A stretch of 32,000 nt of DNA from Pirellula staleyi DSM 6068 (lineage in GTDB: Bacteria > Planctomycetota > Planctomycetia > Pirellulales > Pirellulaceae). The DNA is taken from positions 3,300,001 to 3,332,000 of the forward strand of contig CP001848.1 of assembly GCA_000025185.1 (NCBI GenBank). Direction: 5' to 3'. A program made the position numbers and the translations under genes. The notes below the pieces were generated by a model. That model searched no databases, was not told the DNA's origin, and saw only the letters and a program-made list of their open reading frames with translations. Below are positions 31,047-32,000 of the stretch, piece by piece (within the stretch, counting starts at the first letter, position 1; the number at the start of each line of letters is the position of its first letter).

Positions 31047-32000
31047 ATGTCATGCCTCAAGATTTTTCAGAAAACAGCTCTCCTTGGGGGTGTGATCGCG
31101 ATTTTTGCCCTCTCTGGCAGCCTCGCTCTAGCTGCTGATACGGCCGATCTGACGTACACGCCCCAAGTGGGCGAAACTCAGATCGTAAAAGCAGTGGTAG
31201 AGGTCACCGGCGATTTGAAATTGAACGCCGATGGGACCAAAGTCGAGCGTCTGCCGATCCAGGTGACGGCCGAACTCGACTACGTCCAGCGACTGACTAC
31301 GGCTGGCGGTGCTCCGGGCACTAAAGCCGCGACTGACGGCCGCATGCTTCGCTACTACCGCAGCGCCACGGCCAAAATGAAACTCCGCGACAGCGAGATG
31401 CAGCAAACCCTGGCCGACGATCGTCGCCTGATTGTGGCCGATGTCGCTGGGGACGAAGCACTCCTGTTTTCACCCGCTGGCCCGATCACGCGCGAAGAAC
31501 TCGAGTTGGTCGACGCACCTGCCAGTCAGTTGATCACTGCGGCGCTTCTTCCAGGGAAGACCGTTTCGACCGGTGATACCTGGACTTACGACGACGCTGT
31601 TGTCTGCCGTCTGCTGGGGCTTGAAGCGGTTCAAGAACAAAAAATCGTCGCCAAGCTCGACAAAATCGAGATCGGCGTCGCCATGATTTCGCTCGAAGGG
31701 AAAGTCGCCGGTGCCGTTGGTGGCGTTGCTTCCGATATCGAACTCAAAGGACGGGTCAATTTCGATCTCGGCACCAAAATGGTGACCTGGCTGGTCCTGG
31801 CGATTCGCGAAAACCGCTCCATCGGCCATGCTCAGCCCGGGTTCGAAGCGGTCACAAAGCTCCGGATGGTAGCTGCACCAGCTGCAAGTCCACCTGAACT
31901 TGCCGCCGAACAACTCACCGGCCTCCCGCTCGAAAAATCCGCCGGCAGCTCGCTCATGCTTCTGCGCTCGCCCCGTGGTGGCTATGAACTGATTCACGAC
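31047..32000 (+). CDS. Secreted hypothetical protein (3' end runs off the window)
   Basis: The frame is open from ATG 31047 (GGGAGA upstream) to the window edge: 318 codons with no stop, so it is absent from the ORF track. The signal peptide is MSCLKIFQKTALLGGVIAIFALSGSLALAAD. Codon usage resembles neighbouring genes. I recognise no family. Confidence 0.7.
   Translation, partial: MSCLKIFQKTALLGGVIAIFALSGSLALAADTADLTYTPQVGETQIVKAVVEVTGDLKLNADGTKVERLPIQVTAELDYVQRLTTAGGAPGTKAATDGRMLRYYRSATAKMKLRDSEMQQTLADDRRLIVADVAGDEALLFSPAGPITREELELVDAPASQLITAALLPGKTVSTGDTWTYDDAVVCRLLGLEAVQEQKIVAKLDKIEIGVAMISLEGKVAGAVGGVASDIELKGRVNFDLGTKMVTWLVLAIRENRSIGHAQPGFEAVTKLRMVAAPAASPPELAAEQLTGLPLEKSAGSSLMLLRSPRGGYELIHD

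Noticed and set aside
31470-31997. 175-aa minus-strand ORF at the right edge
   Set aside because: It is antisense to the open plus-strand frame that starts at 31047. That plus-strand frame has a clear signal peptide, an RBS and native codon usage, and it is the better model.

Overview
This 32-kb window looks like a Planctomycetota (Pirellulales-type) chromosome segment. That placement is an inference from roughly 55-65% GC, the sulfatase and PQQ-propeller gene content, long intergenic spacers and an N-terminally extended NusG. Positions 8.6-28.1 kb form one minus-strand housekeeping cluster: tRNA-Thr(UGU)-Tyr-Gly-Thr(GGU)-tuf-tRNA-Trp-secE-nusG-rplK-rplA-rplJ-rplL-rpoB-rpoC-rpsL-rpsG-fusA. 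Every gene in it is separated from the next by about 90-940 nt. Upstream, at 28.7-30.3 kb, lies a sigma-70 family gene with an unusual N-terminal half carrying three HTH-like segments. A partial secreted hypothetical gene runs off the right edge. The left 7.4 kb encodes a sugar ABC transporter (permease plus lipoprotein binding protein), a PQQ-like beta-propeller protein, an acetamidase/formamidase, an S1 sulfatase and a RimI-like GNAT. I see no CRISPR array, IS element, integrase, phage genes or multi-gene novel system. The only clearly accessory element is a ~1-kb low-GC gene (7621-8625, +) for a solitary PIN-like (DUF4935-like) predicted nuclease with an unassigned C-terminal domain. It is wedged stop-to-stop against fusA. 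Secondary observations are listed as findings: an EF-G with degenerate domain IV loops, the sigma factor's N-terminal HTH repeats, a sulfatase with C-A-E-T-R in place of the canonical C-x-P-x-R, a 940-nt rplL-rpoB spacer, intrinsic terminators in unexpected positions and orientation, and an operator-like repeat. All family assignments come from motif recognition by eye and need HMM or structure confirmation.
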